A stretch of 64,000 nt of DNA, from the NCBI GenBank assembly GCA_030704615.1, contig CM060733.1, forward strand, positions 76,508,001 through 76,572,000, written 5' to 3'. The translations under genes and the position numbers were made by a program. Positions within the stretch are counted from its first letter, which is position 1. Each line of letters begins with the position of its first letter. The DNA is from Takakia lepidozioides (taxonomy: Eukaryota; Plantae; Bryophyta). Shown one piece after another: positions 25,142 to 37,809 of the stretch. A model generated the notes under the pieces. The model worked only from the letters and a program-made list of their open reading frames with translations, had not been told where the DNA came from and ran no database searches.

Positions 25142-26291
25142 CTAGGGCTTCGCGTTGCTCCGCACTACTAGCAACGACTTCTGAGAAGGACGCCCGGACG
25201 GATGGGCCATACTGGAGGAACTTGAGAGAGAGTTGGAGGGGTTTTCCATGGGTCGTCTTGGTACAACAAGTAGATTTGGACTATGATAAATCAGTATTTT
25301 TTTTTTATTATCCGTTGTGAGCATGCATTGGAAAAATATAGACTTTTTGAAAAGGAGAAAGAGGATGGTCTTTATAAAATATGGTGGCCCTTACATGGAA
25401 CGTTTAGAAGTGTCTAATTTAAGCTCTACCAAGCTATGCTTTTGCTCCAGTTGTCGTCGTTCGATTCTGTCTCTTCTGGTGCTTTGGCCAGCAGTTTGAC
25501 CCCTTTTAATTGGAATGAAAGCCCGTGTTTCTTGTGACGGAAATTCATCCAATATCGGATGTTACACTTGATTGCAACGAGATCCCCTGAACGTACGGAT
25601 TGTCCATCCATTTTTTGGCCATTTTCGTTAAGGACTTCTATTGTATTGTACATCCCGTCATTGTTTGTTTTGTGACGTTTGTTGTTATTGGACGTCGATC
25701 CAGAGTTGTTTGTGTTGTTTTTTAGGAGCTTTTTCGTGAAGCTCATGTTGTTTTCACCCATCCACCTCGTGTCCTCGCCTCTCCTCTTCCAATGATCGGA
25801 CCATTCCGTTATTGTATTTGCGTAGTCGAACTAGAAATGGCTGTCTTCTATCAATATTGTGAATTTTGCGTCTTTTAGTTCTTCGGCGAAAGTCACGAAT
25901 CTGTAATTCCCGGTTTTGCCAAGGTAGGGGAATTTTGCAATACCTACGAAGATTGCTATTTCTTCACGGTCCGAAGGGACGTTCCACAAGGTGCTGTGGA
26001 AGTTTGTACTGTTGGGCAGGCGTTTCCACGTGTTCCCCACCTTAAGGGCATGGTGGTCATTGGACGCGAAACTGTCGTATATCACGTTTGTCATGTCTTG
26101 GTGGGTTATGTCTTTGTCTGTTACAGTGTCTATTGTGTCGGCTATTTCTAATGTTGACATGGTTGTTTGTATGTATGGTGTAGAGAGAGAGATAGAGAGG
26201 CGGGGGTAGCTGAAAGTACATATCGGTGGATTTTTTAGGAGAATTAAACCCTAAGAGTGCGACTGTAAAATTAATCACGTTAATCTATAGA
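25142..26291 (-). mobile_element. Small Helitron-like (rolling-circle) element
   Basis: The minus strand begins TCTATAGATTAA at 26291 and ends ...GCGGAGCAACGCGAAGCCCTAG|T at 25142. The same 46-bp 3' end recurs at 58780-58825. No TSD. Confidence 0.55.
25426..26160 (-). pseudogene. Phage/virus-type single-stranded DNA-binding (OB-fold)-like protein, about 244 codons with one in-frame TAG
   Basis: ORFs 25831-26160 and 25426-25761 are in frame across a single stop. The C-terminal VRSGDLVAIKCNIRYW...KKHGLSFQLKGVKLL plus an acidic tail ending in W resembles T7 gp2.5/DUF2815-type SSBs. Confidence 0.5.
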
Positions 26292-26860
26292 ACTGTGGCT
26301 GTCTCTCTCAGACCGAGGTTGATGCTACACCGCTTTGTTGGGAAGCTAGGTGCAAAGTGCGATGCAACAATATGTTATATTTTTTTCTGCTCCACCTGCA
26401 CTTGCAACAAGATGTCACTGTTAAACCTTACGGCTATATTTCCTTGCTTGTGTATTGTGTGTAAGTCGGTAATTCATTGGCTACCCAAAGACTGGATCTC
26501 ACAACTGGCTTGTTTTGCAACTGCCCTTGGGAAATGACCATCTTAATTGCACATGTCACGTCACTTCAAACAATTATATATTCAAGACTTCTAGTGCAGG
26601 GTTTGAGACTTACTGTCCAGTGGCATTAGGGCAAGCGACACTGTGAGCGAGAGAACCACAAAAGTAGTTAGATCAGCAGGTTGAATTGAACAACTTAGAG
26701 AGGAGTAGTGCTTAGGGCCCTGCCCACTTGCACTTTCAGTTAGTGTCTGCAACAGTTAGTTAGTGTTCCAACTTACAGTTAAATGCATCCCCCCCACCAA
26801 AAAAAGAAGAAGCTTGCTTCAGGTTCGCTGAACTTAAATGTGATGCTGCCCACGAGGATA

Positions 26861-29190
26861 TCATACAGAATCACATCTGGTACAATTCCAGCTTTTGCGA
26901 TACAACCATGCACCTCTTGCCCTTTTCCAGGGCTGCCAGGCTTGCACAAGCATTGGCATCACAAACAAACGTGATGTGGTTAGCCTCACCCCTTTGCACA
27001 TCATTTGCTCATAGGTCTCCAAAGCCTCCATTCCGCGCCTCTGCTGTGCATACCCTGCAAGCATCGCGTTGGGCAGTGTTCAGAATGACATCTGGTACAA
27101 TTCCAGATTTGACGATGTCACCATGGGCCTCTTTCCCCTTTTCCAGGGCTGCCAGGCTAGCACACGCACTGCAAATGCAAACATACGTGCCTTTAGTTGA
27201 CCATCTACCCATGCAAGTTACTTGTAGCTATTGATCCACAGGGAATCATAGGTAATCTGGAGCTTGAAGTCCGGTCCCCTTGGATGAATCTGGACCCACA
27301 CTCTATCCCTGCTCCTTCAACTATCCATGCCTCTGCACAAATCATGCATACATCCTTGCCTTGCTGCTAGCAGCTGACAATGACAGCTTGTGACAGGCTC
27401 AATAAACTCTGGAATAGAGCTCCAAAGCCTCCATCCCGCGCCCCTGCAAGCATCGCGTTCCACGACACCACATCTCGTTCAGCCATAATGCTGAAATTAA
27501 CTCCATTCGCATCCTTAATGCACCCACATTTGGCATACATGTCCACCAGGGCAGTGTTCATGATGACATCTGGTACAATTCAAGCTTTGACGATGTCACC
27601 ATGGACCTCTTTCCCCTTTTCCAGAGCTCCCAGGCTTTCACACGCATTGCAAACACAAACAAACGTGATGTTGTTGGTTTTCACCCCTTCGCACATCATT
27701 TGCTCATAGGTCTCCAAAGCCTCCATCCCGCACCCTTGATGTGCATATCTTGCAATCATCACACTCCACGACACCACATGACGTTCAGCCATACTCCATT
27801 TGCATCCTCGATGCACCCACATCGCATACATGTCCACCAGGGCAGCAATGATGACATCTGGTACAATTCCAGCTTTTGACGATGCAACCATGGACCTCTT
27901 TACCCTTTTCTAGGCTTCACTCCTTCGCACATCATTTGCTCATACGTCTCCTAAGCCACCATCCTGCGCCCCTGATGTGCATATTCTGCAACATCATGTT
28001 CCATGACACCACATTTCGTTCAGCCATATGGTCGAACACTCCCCTTTGCATGCTCAATGCTCCCACATTTGGCATACATGTCCACCAAGGTATTGTTCAG
28101 GATCACATCTGGTACGATTTCAGCTCCAAAGATGTCATTCAGCCTGGATATTGTTGAAAACTGCCTTTGCATCTTTAATGCACCCACATTTGGCATACAT
28201 ATTGTCCACCAGGGCAGTGTTCAGAATGACATCTGCTACAATTCCAGCTTTGACGAGGTCATCATGGACCTCTTTCCCCTTTTCCAGGGCTCCCAGGCTT
28301 GCATACACATTGCAAATGCAACCGAACGTGATGTGGTTGGGCTTCACCCCTTCACGCATCATTTGCTCATACGTCTGTACCTCTGTTTACTAACTTTGAA
28401 AGTTTCGAGGTTGAACCTCACCCTGAGTTAAAATTACAGTAGTGTCAAGGCTGCCCTTCACTCATCCATGTTACAAACCGGAAATGAGTTCAGGGTTTTA
28501 TGCCTAACTGTTGTTTGGACATTCTGCATTCTTCCAACATGGCCTTGGACACATCAGCTTTCCAAGTTAACTTTCAAGTCAACTTCATTTTAGTAGGGTC
28601 AGTTCCTCTTGCCTAATATTCAGGCACTTGAAATCTCCTCTTCCCGTTCTGCCAGGACTTCACCTGTTGGATAATGTGAGCATGCACCTGTTTTCCGGCT
28701 TCTAGGCCTTTCATCTTGATGCACTTATGCAAGAGACAGACATAAGTATCTGAATCTGCTGAATCTGCTGAAACCCTGCAAAATCTGTAGAGCCTCTTTC
28801 AGTTGCCCTGCCTCACATAGCATCCTCACGTGCCCAGAAGTGCCAGAAGCGGTATTGTGGACTCCCTCTCTTGGTCCTCCCTTGGAAACTATGGCCATGG
28901 TGGAGCACCTGATTTCAAATATGCCGCTGCCGCTGTTTCCAGTTGACCATCTACCCATGCAGGTTTCCTGTAGCTATCAATCCATAGGGAATCATGGGCA
29001 CTATTGTGCTTGATATCCATCCCTCTTGGATGAATCTGGACCCACACTCTATCCCTGCTCTCCTTCAGCTATCCCTTACTCAGCACCATTAATGCATAGA
29101 CCTTGCCCTTGCTGCTAGAAGCTGACAATGACAACTGAATTTTTTCTAGCAAACACCCAAACCCTACTGATCACACACTAGCTCCTACTC
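26861..29190 (-). pseudogene. Decayed PLS-class PPR gene fragments, including the N-terminal leader
   Basis: Repeated VSWNAMLAGYAQ / ITFVCVCNACASLGALEKGKEVHGDI / LNTALVDMYAKCG motifs with frameshifts. Leader HVRMLCEAGQLKEALQIL at 28725-28958. Confidence 0.9.
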
Positions 29191-29236
29191 TGAATTGGTC
29201 CCAAGACTTTAAAAATGTGCTGGGGAGAGATTGTAC

Positions 29237-30450
29237 TCATAAGACGTTGTTTGCCGTAGCCTTGTGGCCATTGACCCCGCGCCCAATTTGAGCGGGAACA
29301 AAAGGGACAGAACCTACCTCTGTCAGGGGCTGACGTTGGTAGTAAGACTTACCTCCATATAAAGAATTAATCCGGGTTTTCCAGATATCCTCTAGAAATC
29401 CCTTCACACAAGCATCAATCTGTTGTGTGTGATTTGCCCAAAAACTAGACCTCAGGAGGGCCTGGGCTTTTGGCTCAGCCTCGAGACTTTCAAAGTTGGT
29501 AAACAGGGGTACAGGCACAATTCCCTTAATAGATTTGAAGAGAGCGTCTCTTTGGTGAGAGAACCCCGGACAGTGTATCAGAAAATGAATACTGTCTTCA
29601 GATTGCCCACACAACGGGCAATTGCACTCTCCCTTTCCTCTCTGCTTCAGTTTGTTGTTCAAAGGTAGGCTTCCTGCCCTGAGTTTAAATTGCAGTCTAG
29701 TGCCGAGAGTGGGTAGACCCTTGAGGTCATCCAAGATGTCCTCCCCCATGTCACAGACAGGAAACAAGTTCAGGGAAGTTCTCTGCCTAACTTCATTTTC
29801 ATCAGACAATCTCATGGCAACAGACATGGCTGAGGACACTACAGCCTCTAAGTCAGATTTATCCAGCAGGGTCGAGACTTGCGGATCCAGGTCCAGGTCC
29901 TTGAGGATCTCTTCTACTCTCTTCTGCCAGGACTTAGCTGACAGGGCGGTCCTGTTTCCAAGATATAGAGTCGATTAACTTAGGATATCTGGTGTTGGGC
30001 ATATGTTGCAGCTGACCCCACCATCTGACCTAGAATTCATCTCGTCGGGAGCTTAAGGACGGAATGCCAAACTCACCCCGAACAGCCACATTGGCTGTTT
30101 TGGAGCATGCTGACATACACTCCTTAAGCACCCTCCACTTAAATGGATTCTAGAGACTTAGCCTGGTTGGAGTTATCAACCCATATAGCAGATCCGTACT
30201 CCAAGGCAGGTCTAATAACGCGACAAAGCATGGTTTTCTTAACCTCAGAGTTGACCCCTCTGCAGTGGAAAAATTTAGTGAGCCCCAGAGCTTTGCCCTT
30301 GCCAGTTTGAACAACTTTCCGGATATGTGCATCCCAATTACAATTGGAGGAGAACTCAACGCCCAGGTAAGTGTAGGAAGGGAGGACCGGGATCTCTTGG
30401 CTACCCCACTGCCACTTAAGATCACTTCCTCCCTCTCCTCTGTCGTTTGG
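29237..30450 (-). pseudogene. LINE RT C-terminal region and CCHC zinc knuckle
   Basis: YTYLGVEF, IRPALEYGSAIW, FKLRAGSLPLN, CPLCGQSEDSIHFLIHC. Confidence 0.85.
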
Positions 30451-31136
30451 ATTTCATGGCTAATGGTACCATCTCGAGACTTGATAACAGGGGTACGTTG
30501 AAGGTTGCAATGACCAAAAGTGCTTCTAATAGAGTCCCGCATCAATTCAATCTCAAAGAAGTTCGTCCCTTGACTGGCTGGAGAGCGGTCTTAGACATTG
30601 GTGATTCAAACGGGCGCTCTAGGAAGACAACCAAGGGCAACAACTTCAACTTGAGAGTTTCTAATCGGTTTGATGCTCTGGATGAGGTTGAATCCAAACA
30701 GCCAGAAAGACAAGATGCCCCTAAGTGTACGGAACCTGAACGTCCTGAATCTGAAGGATTTGGTACTCTGAATGGCTTACCAATCCTCAAGGTTTACACA
30801 AGACGAACAAATTCTATACACGGGGTAATTGTCCCCAAGCCGTCAGATGGACAATCTGTCCCTAAGTGTGCAGAGCCTGAACGTTGTGTAACTGAAGGAT
30901 TTGGTACTCTAAATGGGGGGCTGGTATTTCATGAGCGGCATGAGCATGAGCGGAAAAAAAAAAAGCATGAGTAGACCATTGTGAGTCCACGGAAATAGGG
31001 TTAGGAGGCACGGAAATAGGGTCAAGTGAAGTTGGAATGTGGCACCAGTGGACTTGAAATGCAACATTTTATTGCAAATTTTGTGGCAAGCCACGTCTAT
31101 ACAAGTGTGTTCTAACTGTCATAGCCGGAATGGGCA

Positions 31137-34100
31137 CTACTCTCCTACACCCTCCGAGGAACTTGCCCCACCTTCTTCCTCTCCCCCCTCATCCCCCTCG
31201 TCCTCCGAGCTCTGTGATGCATCAGTTCCACTATGCCTCTCAAAAATCCCGTCCTCTCCTTGGGGGACTGTCCACCTCACCTCCTGGGAATCTTCTGCGT
31301 CTTCTCCCCCACTTTCCTCAGCAGAATCCAAGACAAATCTACGAGCCCGACGGGCTCTAATAGCTGCTGTCTCCTCCCTCATCTTCATTTTCTTGAGGCT
31401 TGCCTCGTCTAAAATCTGCTGTACACGACTACGTTCGGAACACCTCCTAATGGACACCGAAGCAAGCCGGGCAGCATAAGTAGGAAGGATGTACTCCCTT
31501 TCTGGACTAGGCATGAAATCCCCCCTGGCAAAAAAAGGCACGTTCCTCCTGCCCATGAACTCCGGTGTAGACGTCCCTCCGGCAATACTTGGCATCCTAC
31601 AGTAAGAACAAATCCACTTCAAGAATGTCAATACCAGCACAACCACAAAGGGTTTTCAATGAAATAAGAGAGCGGAGGGAGGTGCCTCACGAAATCTGGA
31701 GGCAACTTACAATGCCACCACTCACTCATAAACCGGGGGCTCCTCGGTCTCGATCCCAACTTCCTCCCCCTGCTCCTTCTCGGATTTTTCCTCATCCTCC
31801 GAGGATGCCTCTTCCTCTTTCGGCAGACGTTCAGCCGCTGCGAGTTCGGAGTTGTGGAGGGCAGTATCTGGCTCGAAGGCAAACACATGCCTGTCGGACA
31901 ACGTCCCTGCCCACATTGAAGCACATGAGGAACAAAGCGGGCGGTTAATAGCTTGCGGCATGCAATTGCAATCGGGCCAGGGGACAAACTGAGCACGTGA
32001 AGGCTTACCCGTGCCGCATGTGAGGTCCAGAATCCGCCCTTGGACATCCGAGCACGTCTCTATGAGGGTTTGGATGAAAGCAGGGCTCCGGGTCCAGCTG
32101 TACCGCCACGGTTTGCCTGTCTTTGTGTCCTTCGGCATACTAGAGTGGGGCACATAGTTGTAGAGGACATCGTAGGTTACAGGGTCCACAGCGGCATCAA
32201 CAAGACGACCGTCGTTGCGGAATTTGAACGTAGACCCTCTCTTCACAAAGCAATATGCCTCAAACACCAATGTCTGCACATCCAACAAAGAAGGGATCAA
32301 CTCCAAGGTCTACTTAACATACACCACAATATGAAGTGAATGCAATAGATTGATAACTTACACTTTGGCCCTCTGTTCGCAACCCCTGCGTACTGATGCA
32401 GAACCATTTTCTGAGGAGGACCGGGGTGACACTTTTCGGTGTCCACCTTGCCACCGCATTCTCTGTGGTCTTCCCTCTCGTGGCAAGGACAACCACACAT
32501 CCACCGTCATCCAGAAGCATCCCCGCCAGCCCAAACCCGGCTTTCCAGTAGTCCTCAGTAAACCTGTTCCAGGTGGGCACACCATCCAGGCCCTCCAGCA
32601 GCTCCCCATCTGGAATGTCGAGGAGAATCATGTCGCAAGCTCTCTCCACCTCAACCCCCCCCCCAGTGCTCTTGCAATTCGTGCTCACAGCCGTGAAGAA
32701 TTCCATCATGGCTTCAAAACCAGGGGTGTCTTTAGGCTCTGTACCGCCAGCCCTCTTCTTGGCTTTCCCCTTCTGCTCCGCCAGAGACTTGTTGTGTGCC
32801 ACCTTCTTTGCCCTGGCAGCGAGAGCGTCAAGGAAGCTCTCATTGACGCATTGGATGATGGTTGGAGGTTCTAGCTTTGGCCTGTGCGTAAACGTCACCG
32901 CCGAATACCGCCGTGTAGGCTCGCCCTCAAATGCCAACTTCTTGGCAGAGCCAGTCCCACTCCGAACTGACTTGGGAACCCGGACGACCGGTGACTGGGT
33001 AGGAGCAACAGCAGTTGCAGGACCTTGAACAAAGTCGTCGTCCGAGTCACTCTCTTGGGTCCCCTCCTGCGCCTCCTCCGATGCCCTGATGGTTTTCTTC
33101 TTTTTGGGTGTTACTGCACTCACCTGTTTCCTTGTCCTTTTCCTTTGGCCTTTACTCTTCTCATGCAATTTCTCCTGAATTCCTGCCTGAACAAGCTCTG
33201 CCGCTTTCCTGGAGTTCGCAAGCGCTTTTGCCTCTTTTGCACCCAACGGAGGCAGCGGAGCCCGGTTTCGTCGGAATTCAGCATCCAGCTTCAATTGAAA
33301 CTCGGATGGGTCGAGCGAGCCGGGCGGAAGGTCCACATACCAAGGGCAATCACGCAAATGTTCCAGATGCCACTCCTTCACAATATCGTCAGTGTACATG
33401 GAGTCAGCCCCAGGGTTCCTCCATGCCAGGAAGAATGGTGGCTCGAAAGACAGATGACCTTTCTCCAAAAGGGAGAACTTGCAGTACCTGCATTCATGAA
33501 AAACACAATGAGGTCCCTGAAATGCATATTCCGCACCATTTTCCCAGGTTGGGGCGGATGTGAGTGGGCCTAGAAATGGAAAAATGGCGCCGAATTTCGG
33601 TTTTCGGTGACTGCCACCCTAGGGACTTAGCCATCTTGGGAGCCCTGAACTGGAAATTCGGCGCCATTTTTCCCGGTTTGGCCCGAAGATGGCTAAGTCC
33701 CAGAACCGCAATAGGGCCTAGAATTGGAAAAATGGCGCCGAATTTCCAGTTCAGGTCCAGCCACCCTAGGGACTTAGCCCGAAAATGGCTAAGTCCCTGA
33801 ACGGCAATAGGGCCTAGAACTGGAAAATGGCGCCGAATTTCCAGTTCAGGGCCAGCCACCCTAGGGACTTAGCCCGAAAATGGCTAAGTCCCTGAACGGC
33901 AATAGGGCCTAGAACTGGAAAATGGCGCCGAATTTCCAGCTCAGGGCCAGCCACCCTAGGGACTTAGCCCGAAAATGGCTAAGTCCCTGAACGGCAATAG
34001 GGCCTAGAACTGGAAAATGGCGCCGAACTTCCAGTTCAGGGCCCGCCAGTCTAGGGACTTAGCCCGAAAATGGCGAAGTCCCTGAACGGCAATAGGGCCT

Positions 34101-37039
34101 GGAACTGGAAAATGGCGCCGAATTTCCAGTTCAGGGCCAGCCAGTCTAGGGACTTAGCCCAAAAATGGCCAAGTCCCTGAACGGCCATAGGGCCTGGAAC
34201 TGGAAAATGGCGCCGAATTTCCAGTTCAGGGCCAGCCAGTCTAGGGACTTAGCCATTTTCGGAGCCCTGACTGGAAATTCCGCGCCATTTTCCCTAACAC
34301 CACATGAGGCCTCTAACATCCTGAAATGCAAGGACTTGAAAGAAAGACAGCGCGTATGTACCTGTACAGAAGGCGCATTGCTGCTTTGTCCGCGTTCGGC
34401 TAGTCGGTGAACTCGTGGCTCCGGCGAGCATCTGCTATCTCCCGAAAGAATAGGTTGGTTTTGTAGAGCAGAAAGTACCTCGTCACATAGTCACGTAGGC
34501 TCTCTGCTGCAGGAGATATCTCCATCTTGAACTGATGTGCTTGTGTGTCCAGCTGCTCTTGCGCATTCGTCGTCACCTGTGGAGATTCTCCATCAGATCG
34601 CTTTCCTCAAAAAATACAATGAATCCACCCCCTACTAGAGTAGAAGCCCCAAACGAAGCGTGGGGAAGTACCTGAAACCACCATGTCATGCGGTTCATCC
34701 ACATGTCGAATGTGGGGTCAGAGAGTTTGTCCGGTTTGGGGAAGCTCCACATGTCCCTGGTACTTTGGGAACCATTCCAGATTTGGAGCCACCGGGTCTG
34801 TCCAACCACCCAGCATATTCGTAAGCGCCAAACACCACAAAAAGGAGTTGTTGCCACCACAATTTGGTTAAGAATGTATCACCTTTTCTGTTGCATCCAC
34901 ACAGGATGTGGCTAGACGATGGAGCTTCTCCAATGTCATCGTGGGCTTCAGAGCGCGAGAGTAGTGCTTCCCCACCTCCACCAGAAAGTCGGCACCAAGG
35001 GCGGGATCAGCTATGGCCACGTACTTTACCATCCGCGACTTGTACTTTATGCGGGCCCTCACCTCCGCAGCTTTGACATACGATTCGAGTTCCGGGAGGG
35101 TTGGATTCGACTCCTCTGACTCCATGTAGAACCTCCGCGCATGTGCCAAATCCTGCTGTATTTTCGTCTGTCAAGAATGCGCACATAAGATTAGAGATCC
35201 TGCTCAACACAATTTATTCTATTGGGGGAGGAGATTAGAAATCACGGCGAAGACCTTTTCTTCTATTGGGGGAGGAGAGACAGATTAGCTCAACAAAACT
35301 GTCAGGAGCTTTACCCGAAATATGTAGTCCACCATGGCGTCGACGCTCAGCCTATACCAGGTTCTGTCTGCCTTTGCCTCCGACTTGCGCAGGAGGTCGG
35401 CACTGAGGGAATTGGCAAACTCTTGCACCCCCTGCTTCCCGACATCCTTCACTCGGAAGAGCATATGGGACAAGTTGGTGGCAATGAAGGCATTCTCAGT
35501 CACCCTGCAGTGCCACATTTCCATCAAACAATACTAAAATGGGAATTTCATCATATATGAGGATTCGCAATGAAATGACTTCCAAATTCAAAGTCCAAAA
35601 GCGAGAGGGGTTGTAGCTTACGAGTTGATGTCGGCCATTGCAGCTTTGAGAAGACTGCGATCTTTGGGCCCCGCAACCTTCAGCACAACACAATCCACGG
35701 CGAAATGCCAATCGAGGTCGTTGGGGTGGGCTTGGGCAATGTGCTCCATCCATGCCAGGAGGCGATGATTGCCGTCCCACACGTAGAACATCTTACCGGA
35801 CAAGTGCTGGAAAAGAGGATCACTAGCAATCGATCTCTCGAACTCCTCATTTCGCGTTTGCCAATGGGGACCCCATTTGTCCACCTCATCGGAAGTGTGG
35901 GCACGGGAAGCTCCGTGGTCGTTCTCAATGGAAACGTAAAACGCGGCAGACCCCATTCGATATCCATCCCGGAAAGAGAATTTCAGCTTGTCGATATCGC
36001 CTGGGAGGGCAGGTCTCACCACCTGCAATGACACCAAGCGGCAAAGGGGAATTCGAAGCTTGGCCGGGTACACCATGCCCCCCAGCACCCTGCCAATGTT
36101 GCTGTGGGTTGCCTCCAACATCTTGGCAGCGGCCAACTTCATATCCGCCTCAGACATGACGTCTGCTGCAGAGGGGTTTTCCGGCAGCCCACCAGGACCG
36201 CCAAATCCAGCCTGTATGCTCCGGGTTTGGGGCCTGGGGATGTCCGGGAGGATGTCATCCTGGTCAGAAAGCTCCCTGTCGTCCTCCTCAACAGGGTCAG
36301 CCACCTGCGAAACCACCTCCAGCACTCTCCCCGTCTCTACTGCCCTCTCCCTGGCTTCACCTCGAACTTGCACAATCCGTGCTCTTTCTGGTGTTCTTTC
36401 CTCTCCTCCACTCTCCACCGTATGGGTAATTGCAAGGGCTGCTCTTGCCCGCGATGGTCTAACCGGTGTGTTACTGCCTCTCTGTGGTGTCTTGGAGGGA
36501 TCCACCGTCTCTGTGCGTCCCTCGCTTACATTGGCATCTGTCATTTGGGCACCCCTGGCCTCTTCAGCTGCCTTTTCTCTTTCCTCCTGGCTAGCATTCT
36601 GTCTCGTCTGTTCTTTTGCCCTCTCTTTTGCCCTCTCACGGGCTTTCTGTTTCTTACTAGGGCTAGCAGCAGGGGAGCCCTCCAGGACGACCACCTTTGA
36701 TTGAGGCGAACTGACACCCTCGCGCGCACTGCTCACTCCCCCCTCCGCAGCCCGTGACGGCTCTCTCGCCGGGGATTGCATGTGCTTAGCTTTCTTCTTT
36801 TTCTTTGCGTGGGCGGGCCCTACTGCATGTGCATGAACAACCTCCATTGCCGGATCTGTTGTCCTCATGTCCTCACGCCCTTCACCTGCCATGCCGCCTG
36901 CACCAACCTCCCCAATGCCTATTCTGTCGTACTCTCGTTGCAAGTCCTCCCGTCCACCAACAAAAGGTTTAAGTTTGCCCTCTCGCCCCAAGTTGGGCGA
37001 TTCAAACATGCGATGAGTTGGAGCTGTCGATGATACCAC
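31137..37039 (-). CDS. MULE cargo gene: ParB/Srx-like domain plus beta-class N6A/N4C DNA-methyltransferase-like domain (multi-exon, possibly inactive)
   Basis: Exon 1 has VVRPALPGDIDKLK...FYVWDGNHRLLAW (ParB-like). Later exons give CDMILLDIPDG...LLDDGGCVVV (DPPY-position motif) and RSPAFIQTLIETCSDVQGRILDLTCGT|GASMWAGTLSDRHVFAFE (FxGxG motif). GT donors are seen. The acceptor near 31925 reads AT rather than AG. Confidence 0.7.
33578..34292. repeat. Intronic tandem array, about 85-bp unit, containing AAAATGGCGCCGAATTTCC and GGGACTTAGCC...GGCTAAGTCCC hairpins
   Basis: Near-identical units seen directly, lying between exons of the ParB-MTase-like gene. Confidence 0.92.
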
Positions 37040-37809
37040 CAGCGTGCCGGGCTCGTCGTCACTCTGTCATTGACAAAAATCGTGAAAACCAACATCGGTG
37101 CAAAAACCAGCATCGCAACGAGCAGCGCAACCACCATAGCAACAATCGTGTAGCAAAAATGAAAACATAACAAGTTTAGGAAGTATGGAGAGCCATGCAA
37201 CAACAATGAAAACAAATGCAACCATTGCCTGAGAATGACATGCACAAGCAGCCTTCTCCAGAGCTGCCGGATTTGCACACGCATTGCAAACAATCTAAGG
37301 TTCACTCAACTATCTAAAGTTCACTCATCCAGCGAAGCCAGGATGAAGATGCAAAAACAAAGCGAGGTAACAAAGCGAAAGCAAAAAAGAAATCGAACAA
37401 ACCGAAAGCAGAAGTGGCTTGCCTGAGAGTACTCGGCTTCAGTTGGCGCGGGTTGTGAGCAAGACACTGGAATCTCCTGCTGGAGCTTCAGTTTGGCCAT
37501 GCGAGAGATTGGCCGTCGTCCGTAGTACAGAGCTTTCAACTTCCGCCGCGGTCTGGATGTGAGGTCTCTCTCAGGAGAGCCACGCCCTTCAGGCGGCATA
37601 AGTCCCAGCCAAAAAGATCTCCGTTTTTGGGGTACATGCCTCGAATAGCATGTTAAGCCAAGATTAGCATGAGATTTAGGGTACGTATCCAGGAAGCCAT
37701 GTGTCGCCAGCCCGAATGAAAACCGACGGCGGTGGACATTTATTGCCCAACTGCGCAATTAAATGTCGGATGAAGCCCTCCATGTCGGATGAAAATCGAC
37801 GTAAAGAGG

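Noticed and set aside
33578-34292. Regularly spaced palindromic repeats resembling a CRISPR array (also 43548-43980 and 37810-39495)
   Set aside because: Sequences between the palindromes are themselves repeated (no unique spacers), there are no cas genes, and the context is a eukaryotic intron-containing transposon.
4052-37039. Bacterial or phage contamination explaining the ParB, MTase and SSB-like genes
   Set aside because: The ParB-MTase-like genes have GT-AG introns and lie within or among TSD-bounded eukaryotic transposons interleaved with plant PPR sequences.
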